Shown here piece after piece: positions 34,446-44,669 of a DNA stretch of 64,000 bases. The stretch spans positions 3,930,302 to 3,994,301 of the forward strand of contig OZ244801.1 of NCBI GenBank assembly GCA_965219985.1. Reading direction: 5' to 3'. Numbering within the stretch: the first letter of the stretch is position 1; every line of letters starts with the position of its first letter. The notes beneath the pieces are model-generated. The model was not told where the DNA came from and ran no database searches. It saw only the letters and a list, made by a program, of their open reading frames with translations. The translations under genes were made by a program, and so were the position numbers. Source of the stretch: Phototrophicaceae bacterium (GTDB taxonomy: Bacteria > Chloroflexota > Anaerolineae > Aggregatilineales > Phototrophicaceae).

Positions 34446-35398
34446 ATTAGAGCTCCGGATTCGGCTACGACTTCATTCTGATTCAATGTCGCCAGTAAGG
34501 CCGACAGCGCAAGGCTGCGCCCCCGCCCCCACTCCAGTCGCCGCGCCAACACCGACCACAACAGCGAAATCGCCGACTCCCGCAGCGCCACCACCAGCAG
34601 CAGCGCCCCGCCTTCCACGACCGTCCGCAGCAGCGGACCCGGCTCAATAACCGCCCGCCCATACGCCGCCAGCGCCAGTCCGCCGGCCAGCAGCGGCAGG
34701 CTCGTCAGCGCGATATGCAGAAATACGCCGACGGTCATGCCATCAGGGCGCGACCAGTCGAAACTGCTGGCGTAGAGGCCGACCAGCAGGCTCAGCACCA
34801 GCGTCTGCGTCATATTGCTGAAGTAGAGCGCCAGCAGCAGCGCCAGCATCGCCAGCAGCCGTACCTGCTCGATGTCGACCGCCTGCGGCCCAATCAGCGC
34901 TGAAAGCAGGATAAACAGGCTCAGCCCACCCAGCACAGTCGATCCCAGCCGAAATGTCATCAGCGTACCCCAGCGCAGGGGGGTGAACCACGGGCTGCGG
35001 TACAAAATGCCGCCGGCGAAGGACCAGCTGGCTTGCAGCGCGCCGCGGGTTGAGGCGCAGATCAGCTCGTAGGTATGCTGATGCTTTTCGCGGTAAATGC
35101 CGCCGATGACATCGACCATCAGCCGACTGCCCGCCAGGATGACGACAATTGGCAGCATGACCGGCATCAGCACGATCAGCGTGATCATCACGATGGGTAT
35201 CACCAGGACGAGCATCAGCAATTCCGGCGCGTGCAGTAAAGCGGCGACCAGCGCGGGGATGGCGGCCGCAATCAGCGGGCGCGGCAGGCGCATCCCAGGT
35301 TTCGGCGCCGCGGCTTTCCTGATTTCGCTGACCCGGCGGAAGATCGGATCGTCGATGTCCATTGCCGTCAAGCTGCGCCACAAGCGCCGGGACATCAT
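34442..35398 (-). CDS. Polytopic membrane protein (about 7 TM helices), unknown function
   Basis: 318-aa ORF with many hydrophobic helices. Its stop TGA (34442-34444) overlaps the GTG start (34443-34445) of the type IIG gene. Confidence 0.6.
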   Translation of the reverse strand: MMSRRLWRSLTAMDIDDPIFRRVSEIRKAAAPKPGMRLPRPLIAAAIPALVAALLHAPELLMLVLVIPIVMITLIVLMPVMLPIVVILAGSRLMVDVIGGIYREKHQHTYELICASTRGALQASWSFAGGILYRSPWFTPLRWGTLMTFRLGSTVLGGLSLFILLSALIGPQAVDIEQVRLLAMLALLLALYFSNMTQTLVLSLLVGLYASSFDWSRPDGMTVGVFLHIALTSLPLLAGGLALAAYGRAVIEPGPLLRTVVEGGALLLVVALRESAISLLWSVLARRLEWGRGRSLALSALLATLNQNEVVAESGALM

Positions 35399-35551
35399 AT
35401 CGAGGTTCCTCTAATTTGCGGCTGATGCTGCTATCTTAGCGGAGTTGGGGTGCTCATCCAAGCGCCGGGCGTCTTGGCGGCTAAGGTACAATGCCAGTGA
35501 TTGCTTGCGTCACAAACTCGCGTGAATGGTGAGCATGAACAAGGTGAGTAA

Positions 35552-36079
35552 ATGAAGAGCATCGACATCATATCGCTGCCGCCGGAGCGCTGGCGGGAAG
35601 CGAAGAGACTGTGCCTCGCAGCGCTGCGCGCGGAGCCGGCCGCTTTCGCATCCAGTTACGCGGATGAGCTGGCTTTCAGCGATGAGGTTTGGATCGCGCG
35701 GCTGACATCGGCATTTCAGCGAGACGGCAACATGACTTATTTTGCCGAGCTTAATGGCGAGCTGGTGGGCATGGCCGGGGCGAATTGGTCGCCGCGCGAG
35801 AAGCTGCGCCATGTCGCGACGATTTACGGCCTCTACGTTTCGCCGGAACAACGCAGCAAAGGAATCGCATCGCAACTGATGGGCGCAGTGCTCGCTGCGC
35901 TGTCCGTACTGCCGCAGGTCGAGAAAGTCAGCCTGACGATCAACAGCGCCGGCAAACCGGCCATTCGCTTGTATGAGCGCTTCGGCTTTCAGCGCGCAGG
36001 CCGAGCGCAGCGCGAACTCTGCGTGGACGGGCAATACTATGACTTGCTGACTATGGAGCGTTTCTTGACGCCGAGTTGA
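35552..36079 (+). CDS. GNAT-family N-acetyltransferase
   Basis: Acetyl-CoA motif LYVSPEQRSKGIASQLM and the typical C-terminus RLYERFGFQ. Confidence 0.8.
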   Translation: MKSIDIISLPPERWREAKRLCLAALRAEPAAFASSYADELAFSDEVWIARLTSAFQRDGNMTYFAELNGELVGMAGANWSPREKLRHVATIYGLYVSPEQRSKGIASQLMGAVLAALSVLPQVEKVSLTINSAGKPAIRLYERFGFQRAGRAQRELCVDGQYYDLLTMERFLTPS

Positions 36080-36084
36080 GGCCG

Positions 36085-36927
36085 CTAGGCCTTGATCGAG
36101 CCGCTGGTCAAGCCGCTGATGAATTGCCGCATCGCCACGGCGAAGACACAGAGCAGCGGAATCGACGAGATGACGTAGCCGGCGAAGAGCGTGCCCCAGT
36201 CGGTCTCAAAGTCCGAGGAGAATTGCATCAAGCCCAGCGCCAGCGGCATCTGGCTCTTGTCGGTGATGGTGACCAGCGGCCATATCAGGTCGTTCCAGGT
36301 GCTGATCAGCGTGGTCATAGCGACGGTGGCGATCATGGGCCGAGCCAGCGGCGCCGACACATAGATGAAGACTTGCCACTCAGCCGCGCCATCGACGTAA
36401 GCGGCGTCGAACAGCTCATGCGGCAGCGACTCGAAATAGCTGCGCATCAGCCAGGTCGACAGCACCAACCCGCCACTGACCCAAACTGAAATCAAGGCGA
36501 AGGGTGTATTGACCATGCCCAGATCACGCACTAGCACAAAGCGCGGCGCCAGCGTCAACACGCCCGGCACCATGATCAGCGTGATGAAGCCGAGGAAGAG
36601 GACGGTCTTGAAGGGAAAGCGGAAACGCGCGAAGACATAACCGGCGACAGAGGCGATGGCGGCGATGAGGCAGATGGTCGAGCCGGAATAAATCACGCTG
36701 TTGACGATAAAGCGCCAGATAATTCTGAAGGCGGATGAATAATTGCCCAAGTGCAGGGGCAGCTCGGGCAGCCAGAAATTGTGATAGAACTGCGTATTGC
36801 TCTTGAACGAAGTGATGACAACCAGCACCAGCGGGAAGAAGGTCACTACGCCGAAGGCGAGCAGCACCAACTGAAAGGGCATATCGCGATTGCCCAGGCG
36901 CGGGCGTATGCGATTGAACGCGGCCAT
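36085..36927 (-). CDS. Carbohydrate ABC transporter permease (MalG-like)
   Basis: Six TM helices and the EAA loop YVDGAAEWQVFIYVSAPLARP. Confidence 0.8.
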   Translation of the reverse strand: MAAFNRIRPRLGNRDMPFQLVLLAFGVVTFFPLVLVVITSFKSNTQFYHNFWLPELPLHLGNYSSAFRIIWRFIVNSVIYSGSTICLIAAIASVAGYVFARFRFPFKTVLFLGFITLIMVPGVLTLAPRFVLVRDLGMVNTPFALISVWVSGGLVLSTWLMRSYFESLPHELFDAAYVDGAAEWQVFIYVSAPLARPMIATVAMTTLISTWNDLIWPLVTITDKSQMPLALGLMQFSSDFETDWGTLFAGYVISSIPLLCVFAVAMRQFISGLTSGSIKA

Positions 36928-36937
36928 TCCTGCCTCC

Positions 36938-37885
36938 CTAGCTCTGGTTCGCGCCGGCGGAGACGCGCAGGTTGATCACGGTCAGCGAGAGCATGGCGAC
37001 GAAGAGCACCACGCCGATGGCGGAGGCATAGCCGAATTCCAGGAAGTGGAAAGCCGATTGATAAAGCTGCAAGGCCGGCACCATGCTGCTGTAACCGGGT
37101 CCGCCGTCGGTCATAACCAGGAATAGATCAAAGCGCTGCGTCATGAAGAGCATGGTCAGGATCATCGCCAGCGTGATCTGCCGCCGCGTCATAGGAAAAT
37201 CGATATAAAAGAGCCGCCGCCAGAAGCCGGCGCCGTCGATGGCCGCGCTCTCGTGCACCTCTTGCGGGATGGTTTGCAAGCCGCCCAGGATGATAAGAAA
37301 TTGCAGCGTCGGCAGCCAGGGAAAGCGCACGAAAGCCAGCGCCCACATCACCGTCAGCGGATCGCCCAGCCAGGCATGCGTGTATTCGCCCAGGCCGATC
37401 AGCTTCAAGCCTTCGTTGAGCAAACCGACCTGCGGGTTGTAGATGAAGCGCCAAATCAAATAGTTGAGAATGGTCGGCACCACCATAGGAAAGACGAAGA
37501 TAATCTTCCACCAGTAGGACCAGCGCTGGCTGCGCAGATTGACGATCATCTCGGCGGCGAAGAAGGGCAGGGCGGTTTGCATGATGACGCGGAAGAAGAC
37601 GAAGCCGACCAGGTTGGTGATGGCGACGCGGAAGGTACGGTCGCTTAGCATCCGCTCGTAGTGTTCCAGCCCGACATAGAAGTGGACTTTGCCGCCGTTC
37701 CAGATATAGAGCGAGTTATAAAGCGCGCTGAAAGCTGGCAGCCACTCGAATATCAGCAGCAAAGCGACTGGTATCAGCAGCGCCGCATACAGCCACTTGG
37801 CCCGCCACATGCGAATGGGCAGCGCGCTATGGCTGGCGCGTTTACTGTTTCCCAGTGTCCGATCAGCAGCTAGACGTGCGAACAT
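36938..37885 (-). CDS. Carbohydrate ABC transporter permease (MalF-like)
   Basis: EAA loop AAIDGAGFWRRLFYIDFPMTRR. The real start may be the internal ATG at 37810 (MWRAKWLY). Confidence 0.8.
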   Translation of the reverse strand: MFARLAADRTLGNSKRASHSALPIRMWRAKWLYAALLIPVALLLIFEWLPAFSALYNSLYIWNGGKVHFYVGLEHYERMLSDRTFRVAITNLVGFVFFRVIMQTALPFFAAEMIVNLRSQRWSYWWKIIFVFPMVVPTILNYLIWRFIYNPQVGLLNEGLKLIGLGEYTHAWLGDPLTVMWALAFVRFPWLPTLQFLIILGGLQTIPQEVHESAAIDGAGFWRRLFYIDFPMTRRQITLAMILTMLFMTQRFDLFLVMTDGGPGYSSMVPALQLYQSAFHFLEFGYASAIGVVLFVAMLSLTVINLRVSAGANQS

Positions 37886-37918
37886 AAGAAACCGAAGTTG
37901 AATGCGCCGAAGTTTGTC

Positions 37919-37943
37919 GGGCGACCCACCGGGTCGCCCCTAC
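37919..37943. repeat. REP-like hairpin (gggcgaccc-acc-gggtcgccc ctac)
   Basis: Between the permease start and the binding-protein stop. Confidence 0.8.
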
Positions 37944-37956
37944 GAATACAATTCTT

Positions 37957-37983
37957 GAGATCGTTCGTACGGGTCAGCCGGCG
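37957..37983. repeat. REP-like hairpin variant (gtac gggtcagcc-ggc-ggctgaccc tt)
   Basis: 9-bp perfect arms; same variant core as 18699-18722. Confidence 0.75.
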
Positions 37984-38017
37984 GCTGACCCTTTTATACA
38001 TCTGACACTGTCCCAGC

Positions 38018-39481
38018 CTACTCCATCTGGAAGTCGCAGGACCAGTCGTTTTCGGCAATGACGACGCGCGCTTCCCGCGTCATCAAGCGGTCTTCTTCGG
38101 CGATCAGGGTGTCGAAATCGATCTGATCGGTGAAGTACTCTTGCATCAGACGGCGATGATCTTCGCCGTAACGCCGGCTGAGACGCGGGTCCGGATCTTT
38201 GAGCGCGCGAATCGGCAACTCAAGGAAAGCCACGGTCGGCTTCAGAGCATCGGGCACATCCAAGCCCAGCTGCGTAGGGATGCTGCGCGGCGACTCGGTG
38301 ACGATGCGCCCCCATTGCGGCTGGGCGGTCAAGTACATGAAAAAGTCGATGACTTGATCTTCGATGCCTTCACGGCGGGCGCGGTCGGTCATGGTGAAGC
38401 CGGCGGTGAAGCCACCGACCAGATAGGCGCTCTCGTTGTTGGCGGCGTAGGCGCTGGTGGTTTCGGTGACGGGCGGGAAATAACTGATGCCCCAGTTGAA
38501 GTCGGCATCGCGAGTGACGTTAAGCGTTTGGCTGGCGGCGTTACCCAGCAGGAAGGGCGTCTTGCCAGTGATGAAGAGGCGATAGGCTTCGTCCCAGGTC
38601 ATGGTAGCGTAGCCTTCCACCCACATCGGCTCGAAATCGGCCAGCAACTGAATCCATTCGGCGAAGGCCTCATCATTGGCGCTGATGAGACCGTTTTGGA
38701 TGGCGCAGGCGAATTCGCGCTGATTGAGCGCGTGCCAGCCGGCGCCGGGCTCCCACCAGCTTTCAATATGATCGATGTACATGCTGGTCAGGCTGGTGCC
38801 GTCGAACCAGTTGTAGGTATAGGGCGAAGCGGTAGACATGCTCATCGCCAGCGGCTCCACGCCGTCTTCGGAGACAGCGCCCATCTCGGCGATCATGGTC
38901 TCCCAATCAGCCCAGAGCGAATAGGGAATGTCGAAGCCGGTGTCGATGCCCATTTCCGCGAGCAAATCAATGTTATAGAAGAAGCCAACCGCCACCGCGT
39001 TGACCGTCACGACATATTGGTTGCCGCTGCCTGTATGGTAGGTGGTGTTCCAGACGACCTCGGGGATGCTGTCCGCCCAGCGCTCGTGGCCCGGCGTGCC
39101 TTCGGGGATGTAAGGATTTGGCTGCTCGATATAGTCGTTGAGCGGTACATACCAGTCGTTGCCCTGCTCCTGCCAGACGCGGATGTAATTGTTGACGATC
39201 ATGTGCGGCTCGTTCTGGCCGTTGAAGACCGTGCTGCGCCACTGATCGCCGGAGATATTGGACGGCACATCGACCAGCTCAATGTTGACGCCCGGATTGG
39301 CCGCTTCGTATTCGGCCACGATATCGTTCATCATCTGCGGCGGATTGGGGTTGTTCTCCGTCGGCTCGTCGGGATAGTAGGCGCCGACGGTGGCGAAGAT
39401 GGTGATCTCGTCTTGCGCAACCCCGGCAAAGACGCCAAATATCAGCAGAAAGACTGAAACAAGAAGTAATCGTCTGAACAT
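38018..39481 (-). CDS. Extracellular solute-binding protein of a carbohydrate ABC transporter
   Basis: The ATG at 39481 is preceded by GGAGG and gives the signal peptide MFRRLLLVSVFLLIFGVFAGVA. Family-1 SBP size. First gene of the three-gene transporter operon. Confidence 0.8.
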   Translation of the reverse strand: MFRRLLLVSVFLLIFGVFAGVAQDEITIFATVGAYYPDEPTENNPNPPQMMNDIVAEYEAANPGVNIELVDVPSNISGDQWRSTVFNGQNEPHMIVNNYIRVWQEQGNDWYVPLNDYIEQPNPYIPEGTPGHERWADSIPEVVWNTTYHTGSGNQYVVTVNAVAVGFFYNIDLLAEMGIDTGFDIPYSLWADWETMIAEMGAVSEDGVEPLAMSMSTASPYTYNWFDGTSLTSMYIDHIESWWEPGAGWHALNQREFACAIQNGLISANDEAFAEWIQLLADFEPMWVEGYATMTWDEAYRLFITGKTPFLLGNAASQTLNVTRDADFNWGISYFPPVTETTSAYAANNESAYLVGGFTAGFTMTDRARREGIEDQVIDFFMYLTAQPQWGRIVTESPRSIPTQLGLDVPDALKPTVAFLELPIRALKDPDPRLSRRYGEDHRRLMQEYFTDQIDFDTLIAEEDRLMTREARVVIAENDWSCDFQME

Positions 39482-39587
39482 GAGATCCTCCCTCATTACT
39501 TTGCGCTACCGTTGCTTGTGATTAAAACGTCCCGCGGGAGAGTTTAACCGCTTTCACCGCTATCGGTCAACTCTCCGGCGTCGAGAG

Positions 39588-40646
39588 CTAGTCAGCCAGA
39601 AAAGCCTGCAAAGCCTGATTAAATTCGGCCGCTTTCTCGATGAAAGGACTGTGACCGCAATCCTCAATGGCGATTTCCTCCACCGAGCCGCCGGCCGCGG
39701 CGTAGTTATCCAGCACCTGCTTGATCTGCGCGATCATCGGCTGGGGCGGGCAGACCTCATCGCCGGGCCAGCCGGGCACGACGCCCAGCTTGCCGAAGGC
39801 CGCCAGGTCAAACATCGACATATCGGCGATGACCTGGTCGCTGTCGCCGCGCAGCCACAGCAAGGGCGGCTTGGGCTCAATGGCGTAGAGCCGCGCCACA
39901 TCGGGCTGATTGTTGGGCGCCATGCCGTTCAGCACGCCCCAGCGGCCGGGCGCGACGCCGGGCCAATTCTCGGATGCGACCGAATCGCCCGGGTAATCGC
40001 GCTCGCCAGTATGCGTTTGCAGCACCGATGCCAGCAAGTCTTCTTCGCGCTCGGATGTAAAAGGCGGCTTCCAGTAGAAGCCATTCATAACCGCGCGCGG
40101 AGACATCTCGCCATCACCGCGCTCGCCGTCTTTGAGCATCTGCGTGTATTGCGGATTGGCGACGCCGCCGCCCGAGCCGGCCGCGTCCGGCGCGCAGAGC
40201 GTCCCCTGGGCGTCTTTGCTGCCGCCGAAGCCGAAGGGCGATACCGGCGCGACCAGCGCAGCGCTCAAGAGGCGTCCCGGCGCGTCCATCAGCAGATTCC
40301 ACACCACCCCGCCGCCCATCGAATGGCCGACGATATGCGCCTGGTCGATACCCAGCGTATCCATCAGGGCGATCACATCATCGGACATATCAGCCAGGCC
40401 GCGCGAGCCATCGACAGCCGCAGCCGGGTCGGCTTCACCGAAGCCGCGCTGATCGAGCGCGATGCAATGGTAGCCCGCCGGCATGGCCAGCATGGTTTCT
40501 TCCCAGAAAGTGGCTGAGGTCAAGTTGCCGTGCACGAAGATGACCGGCGCGCCGCTATCGGCGCCGGCAAACAGAACGCGAGTCTTCAGTCTTGCCGAGG
40601 TGATCGTCTCGGCCTTGATGCCGGGAAGCGTTGGAATGATGGACAT
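39588..40646 (-). CDS. Alpha/beta-fold hydrolase
   Basis: HGNLTS oxyanion region, nucleophile elbow GHSMGG, and a C-terminal CGHSPF catalytic His context. Confidence 0.75.
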   Translation of the reverse strand: MSIIPTLPGIKAETITSARLKTRVLFAGADSGAPVIFVHGNLTSATFWEETMLAMPAGYHCIALDQRGFGEADPAAAVDGSRGLADMSDDVIALMDTLGIDQAHIVGHSMGGGVVWNLLMDAPGRLLSAALVAPVSPFGFGGSKDAQGTLCAPDAAGSGGGVANPQYTQMLKDGERGDGEMSPRAVMNGFYWKPPFTSEREEDLLASVLQTHTGERDYPGDSVASENWPGVAPGRWGVLNGMAPNNQPDVARLYAIEPKPPLLWLRGDSDQVIADMSMFDLAAFGKLGVVPGWPGDEVCPPQPMIAQIKQVLDNYAAAGGSVEEIAIEDCGHSPFIEKAAEFNQALQAFLAD

Positions 40647-40940
40647 GGGAAAGTCTCCTTCCGCTGTTTGCGTTGAACATGCTGACTGTAACGCAGCATG
40701 GCAAAGCGCGCCAACTTGCTCATAAGACGAACTAGACTATTTCAATAGAAATCGACCTAGGCGACGTGTTGTACAGATTTCTTGCCACCGAGTACACCGA
40801 GTAGGATTGAGGGCACAGAGGCTTCAATATCGTGCCGATGCTCTCGCGATCATTGCCGCCAATTTTCTTATTGAATCAGTCGCCGCCGTAAAGATACTAA
40901 ACTGCTTTACTCGGTGTCCTCTTTTTTACTCAGTGTCGAA

Positions 40941-40960
40941 GGGCTGTGTCTACGCGCCCC
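40941..40960. repeat. Copy of the 20-nt motif GGGC(A/T)GTGTCTACGCGCCCC
   Basis: gggctgtgtctacgcgcccc; one mismatch to the other two copies. Confidence 0.6.
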
Positions 40961-41007
40961 TCGATGGCAAAAGTGTCTGTGATTCAACTGAAAAGATTCC
41001 ACACCCA

Positions 41008-42486
41008 TCAAAACGGACCGTAGCGGTCGGTCTGGGCGGGACGGGCGTAGACGGTCGCGTCATAGCTGCGCTGCAGCAGATCCCATTTCACATCGGCATA
41101 ATCCGGGTCCCCAGACAAGTCCTGATGTTCCCAGGGGTCATTCTCCAGATCATATAACTCGCAGATTCCTTTCTGATGATATACGACGAGCTTCCAACGC
41201 CGATCGCGAAACATGCTGGCGTGGGTCTCGTCGGCCAGGTTTGCGGCGGCATAATACTCCGCGCGCGCAAATTCACGGTGCGGCGTATCGCGCTTGCCTT
41301 CGCGCAGCAGCGAGGCCGCCGACCGCCCCTGCAGGTAGAGCGGGACATCCATTCCCAACAGCTCATACAGCGTCGGCGCGATGTCAACCAGTTCAATCAG
41401 CTCGTCCGATACTTGCGGCTGAATGTGGCCGGGCCAGGAGATCAGCAGCGGGACGCGCGCCAAGCCCTCGTAGAAGCGGCAGCCCTTGAGCGCCAGCCCG
41501 TGGTCGCCCAGCATCTCGCCGTGGTCGCTCATGAAGATGATGATGGTGTTTTCGCGCAGTCCGCTTGAATCGAGAAAGTCGAGCAGGCGGCCGAATTCCG
41601 CGTCGAGGAATTCGATCATGGCGTAATACGAGGCTTGCATCTGTTTGTGCTGGAATTCGTCGGGATGGCGGGCGCGGTTTTGAAAGTCGATGCCGGCGGC
41701 TTCCAGACGCCGCTGCTGCTCGAGGTCGCCATCTTCAAAGTGAGCGCCGGGCAGCGACTCGGGCTCGTAACGCCGGTAGTATTCGTAAGGCGCGTCAAAG
41801 GGCGGGTGCGGGTCGAAAGGGTTGACGCTAAGGAACCAGGGCTTGTCCGGCTCGCGATTGCGCCTGATGAACTCAATCGCTTTCTCCGTACACCAATGCG
41901 TCTGATGCAAATGCGGCGGCACATTGTCGTTCTCCGGCGTCGGCTCGCGGAATCCGCCGAATGTGGGGTCCTCGTGCGAGTTGCGATAATCATCGGTAGA
42001 GGCGATGCCGCGCGGCTGCAGGACGCTATTGTGGTCGACGCCCTGCGCCTTGATCCACTCGACATACTCGTTGCCGCGTTCGTTGCCGCCTTTGTGATCG
42101 TGGCTGTACTGGAAGTAGTCGTAGCCGTCATCGACCCGCTCCTCGCGCCGCAGGAAGGCGCTGGCCAGATGCAGCTTGCCGATGAGCCCGCAGTCGTAAC
42201 CGGCGTCATGCAGCGCTTTGGAAATCAGCCGATCTTGATAATAGCGCGGAAAGGACTGAAAGCCATTGCCGTTGACGCCGACCGCGCTGGGATACATGCC
42301 GGTCAAGAAACTGGCGCGGCTGGGCGTACAAATCGGCGACTGGCAGTAGGCGCGGGTGAAAGCCGCCGACTGGCTGACCAGGCGATCAAGATTGGGCGTA
42401 TGAATATGGGAATTGCCCAGGGCGGCGATGGTGTCGAAGCGCTGCTGATCACTGCAATACCAGAGGATATTGGGGCTGTCGGACAT
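41008..42486 (-). CDS. Formylglycine-dependent sulfatase (arylsulfatase family)
   Basis: N-terminal NILWYCSDQQR and the CTPSRASFLTGMYP signature (CxPxR). Confidence 0.85.
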   Translation of the reverse strand: MSDSPNILWYCSDQQRFDTIAALGNSHIHTPNLDRLVSQSAAFTRAYCQSPICTPSRASFLTGMYPSAVGVNGNGFQSFPRYYQDRLISKALHDAGYDCGLIGKLHLASAFLRREERVDDGYDYFQYSHDHKGGNERGNEYVEWIKAQGVDHNSVLQPRGIASTDDYRNSHEDPTFGGFREPTPENDNVPPHLHQTHWCTEKAIEFIRRNREPDKPWFLSVNPFDPHPPFDAPYEYYRRYEPESLPGAHFEDGDLEQQRRLEAAGIDFQNRARHPDEFQHKQMQASYYAMIEFLDAEFGRLLDFLDSSGLRENTIIIFMSDHGEMLGDHGLALKGCRFYEGLARVPLLISWPGHIQPQVSDELIELVDIAPTLYELLGMDVPLYLQGRSAASLLREGKRDTPHREFARAEYYAAANLADETHASMFRDRRWKLVVYHQKGICELYDLENDPWEHQDLSGDPDYADVKWDLLQRSYDATVYARPAQTDRYGPF

Positions 42487-42622
42487 ATTGCGCCTCCTGT
42501 TCAGTTTTGCCGAGTGTAGCGTTTTCGGTCGCGCTCCGCCGCCAATTTCTTAGCGGAATTTTGGCGCAAAAGGCAGTACAATAGGCGAACTTGCCGTCAA
42601 TCATGAGGAGAAGGAGCGCGCT

Positions 42623-43540
42623 ATGGTGGATTTCGGCTTAGGCCTGCTGCATGGGCCGCCTGCGGGACAAAACCAACGTTTCATCACGGAACTGGCCGAG
42701 ACGCTGGACCAACTGAAGGGCTACTTTAGCAGCATTTGGATGACCGACCACTTCTTCTGGGATGGCGCGCCGACTTATGAAGCCTGGACGGTGATGAGCT
42801 ACCTGGCCGCGCGCTTCCCCGATTTCGAGGTGGGGCCGATGGTCCTGGGGCAGAGTTATCGCAATCCGGCCACGCTGGCGCTGATGGCGGCGACCCTGCA
42901 GGCGCTGTCCGGCGGCAAGTTCATCATGGGCATCGGCGCTGGCTGGAAGGAAGACGAGTACCGCGCTTTTAACTACCCCTACCCTTCCCCCAGCATTCGC
43001 GTACAGCAGCTGGAAGAGACACTGATCATCCTCAAGAAGATGTGGGAGGAACCGGGCCAGGTCAGCTATCAGGGCCGGCACTACGCCATAAAAGACGCCT
43101 GGTGCGAGCCCAAGCCGGCGCCGAAGATCCCTATCCTGGTCGGGGGCGGCGGTTACACCACCATGAAACACGCAGCCAAGTATGCCGACATCTGGAATCT
43201 GCCGGACAAACCGCTGGCTCCCTACGTCGAGCGTCTGAACATTCTGCGGCGTCATTGCGAAGACATCGGGCGCGATCCGGCGTCGCTGCGCTGCAGTTGG
43301 TTCGGCCGCGTTTCATTGGGCCGCACAGAAGCCGAGGCCGAGGCGCGCGGTTTGTCGCGGGACGACAAATGGACGAGCGAGAACGCCTTTGTCGGCACGC
43401 CGCAACATGTGGCCGAACAGATGAATGGCTTCGTCGAGGTCGGCTGCGATTACTTCATGGTGGATATCATCGGCTCGCCTGATGAAGAAGTCATCGGTAT
43501 GTTTACGCAGGAACTGATTCCCGCATTAAATGGAGCATAG
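42623..43540 (+). CDS. Luciferase-like (LLM class) flavin/F420-dependent oxidoreductase
   Basis: GIGAGWKEDEYRAFNYPY and ILVGGGG segments typical of LLM-class F420-dependent enzymes. Confidence 0.75.
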   Translation: MVDFGLGLLHGPPAGQNQRFITELAETLDQLKGYFSSIWMTDHFFWDGAPTYEAWTVMSYLAARFPDFEVGPMVLGQSYRNPATLALMAATLQALSGGKFIMGIGAGWKEDEYRAFNYPYPSPSIRVQQLEETLIILKKMWEEPGQVSYQGRHYAIKDAWCEPKPAPKIPILVGGGGYTTMKHAAKYADIWNLPDKPLAPYVERLNILRRHCEDIGRDPASLRCSWFGRVSLGRTEAEAEARGLSRDDKWTSENAFVGTPQHVAEQMNGFVEVGCDYFMVDIIGSPDEEVIGMFTQELIPALNGA

Positions 43541-43544
43541 TCTC

Positions 43545-44222
43545 ATGAAAATCAAGTGGTATGGACACGCGGCATTTCTCGTTACCGCCGGCGATGGCAC
43601 GACGGTAATCACTGATCCCTATACGCCAGAGACTTCCGGTTACCAGCCGATACCCGATCATCCGGATATCGTGGTCACCTCGTCGCTGAACGACAGCTTT
43701 CACGATCGCTCGGACCTAATCGGCGGCGATCCCGAACGCCTCAATCTGCTGGATGTGGCGCGGGACAGCGGCGAATTGACCTGCAAGGGCGTGACTTTCA
43801 AAGCCATCGAGTCGTCGGAGATGTACGCGCATCCCGAGCATGAGCCGGACAAATGCGCCATGTACCGCTGGGAGATGGATGGCATCAGCATCGGACATAT
43901 GGGCGATGTCGGCAATCCCTTCACGCCGGAAGAATACGAGTTCTTCCGCGACCTCGATGTCTTCCTGGTGCTGGCCGGCGATGTGCCCACCATCGACCTG
44001 GGCGATCTCAAGCAGGTGATCGACCGCGTCAAACCGAAGCTGGTCATCCCCATGCACTTCCGTACGCTGCGCTACAAACCGCGCAATATGCAGTGGATCA
44101 CGGCTTTTCTGAGCCATTTTGAGGACAGCGATGTCGATTTCCAGTCGGATTGGGAGGTGGAGCTGAGCCGGGAAGATCTGCCAGATACGACACGGGTGCT
44201 GGTGTTGACGCATGCGCTGTAA
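43545..44222 (+). CDS. MBL-fold metallo-hydrolase
   Basis: The start MKIKWYGHAAFLV at 43545 lies just after the LLM stop. The family flow is similar to UPF0173-like hydrolases, but the canonical HxHxDH is degenerate (TSSLNDSFHD). Confidence 0.6.
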   Translation: MKIKWYGHAAFLVTAGDGTTVITDPYTPETSGYQPIPDHPDIVVTSSLNDSFHDRSDLIGGDPERLNLLDVARDSGELTCKGVTFKAIESSEMYAHPEHEPDKCAMYRWEMDGISIGHMGDVGNPFTPEEYEFFRDLDVFLVLAGDVPTIDLGDLKQVIDRVKPKLVIPMHFRTLRYKPRNMQWITAFLSHFEDSDVDFQSDWEVELSREDLPDTTRVLVLTHAL

Positions 44223-44289
44223 GCGCGAGCGCGCTGACATTCCGCCGCAATTATGTTATCATTTCAGATGAGTACGCATTAAGGTCGTC

Positions 44290-44616
44290 ATGAACCCGGA
44301 CTTGATCCAACCGATTATCACCATCGCCAGCGTATTTGGCGCCTTCCTCTGGCTGCGCAACAACATCAAGAATCTGCGTAATGAGACGCGTGAAGAGATG
44401 CGGCAAATACATACCGACATGCAGCAGTTGCGCACCGACATGCGGGATGATATGCAGCAGCTTCGCGCCGATGTTCAGAGTGACTTGAGACGTGTGGAAA
44501 CGAAGGTCGATGGTCTGGATAGTCGTCTGCGCGCCGTCGAATCTGAACAATCGCGGGTGGCTGGTCTACTTGAAGGATTGGGACTCGCCGGCGTCCTGCC
44601 TGGCGATGAGCGCTAG
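44290..44616 (+). CDS. Small membrane-anchored coiled-coil protein, hypothetical
   Basis: One N-terminal TM helix (IITIASVFGAFLWL), then heptad-like internal repeats (MRQIHTDMQQLRTDMRDDMQQLRADVQSDL). Confidence 0.45.
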   Translation: MNPDLIQPIITIASVFGAFLWLRNNIKNLRNETREEMRQIHTDMQQLRTDMRDDMQQLRADVQSDLRRVETKVDGLDSRLRAVESEQSRVAGLLEGLGLAGVLPGDER

Positions 44617-44669
44617 TTTGGTTTAATCCGTTTGCCGTCCGCGCGCGGCGGTGGCTGTCTTATGCGTAT

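Noticed and set aside
41008-42486. Sulfatase lacking an adjacent maturase as an anomaly
   Set aside because: Formylglycine-generating enzymes or anSME genes are frequently encoded elsewhere, so absence within the window is not informative.
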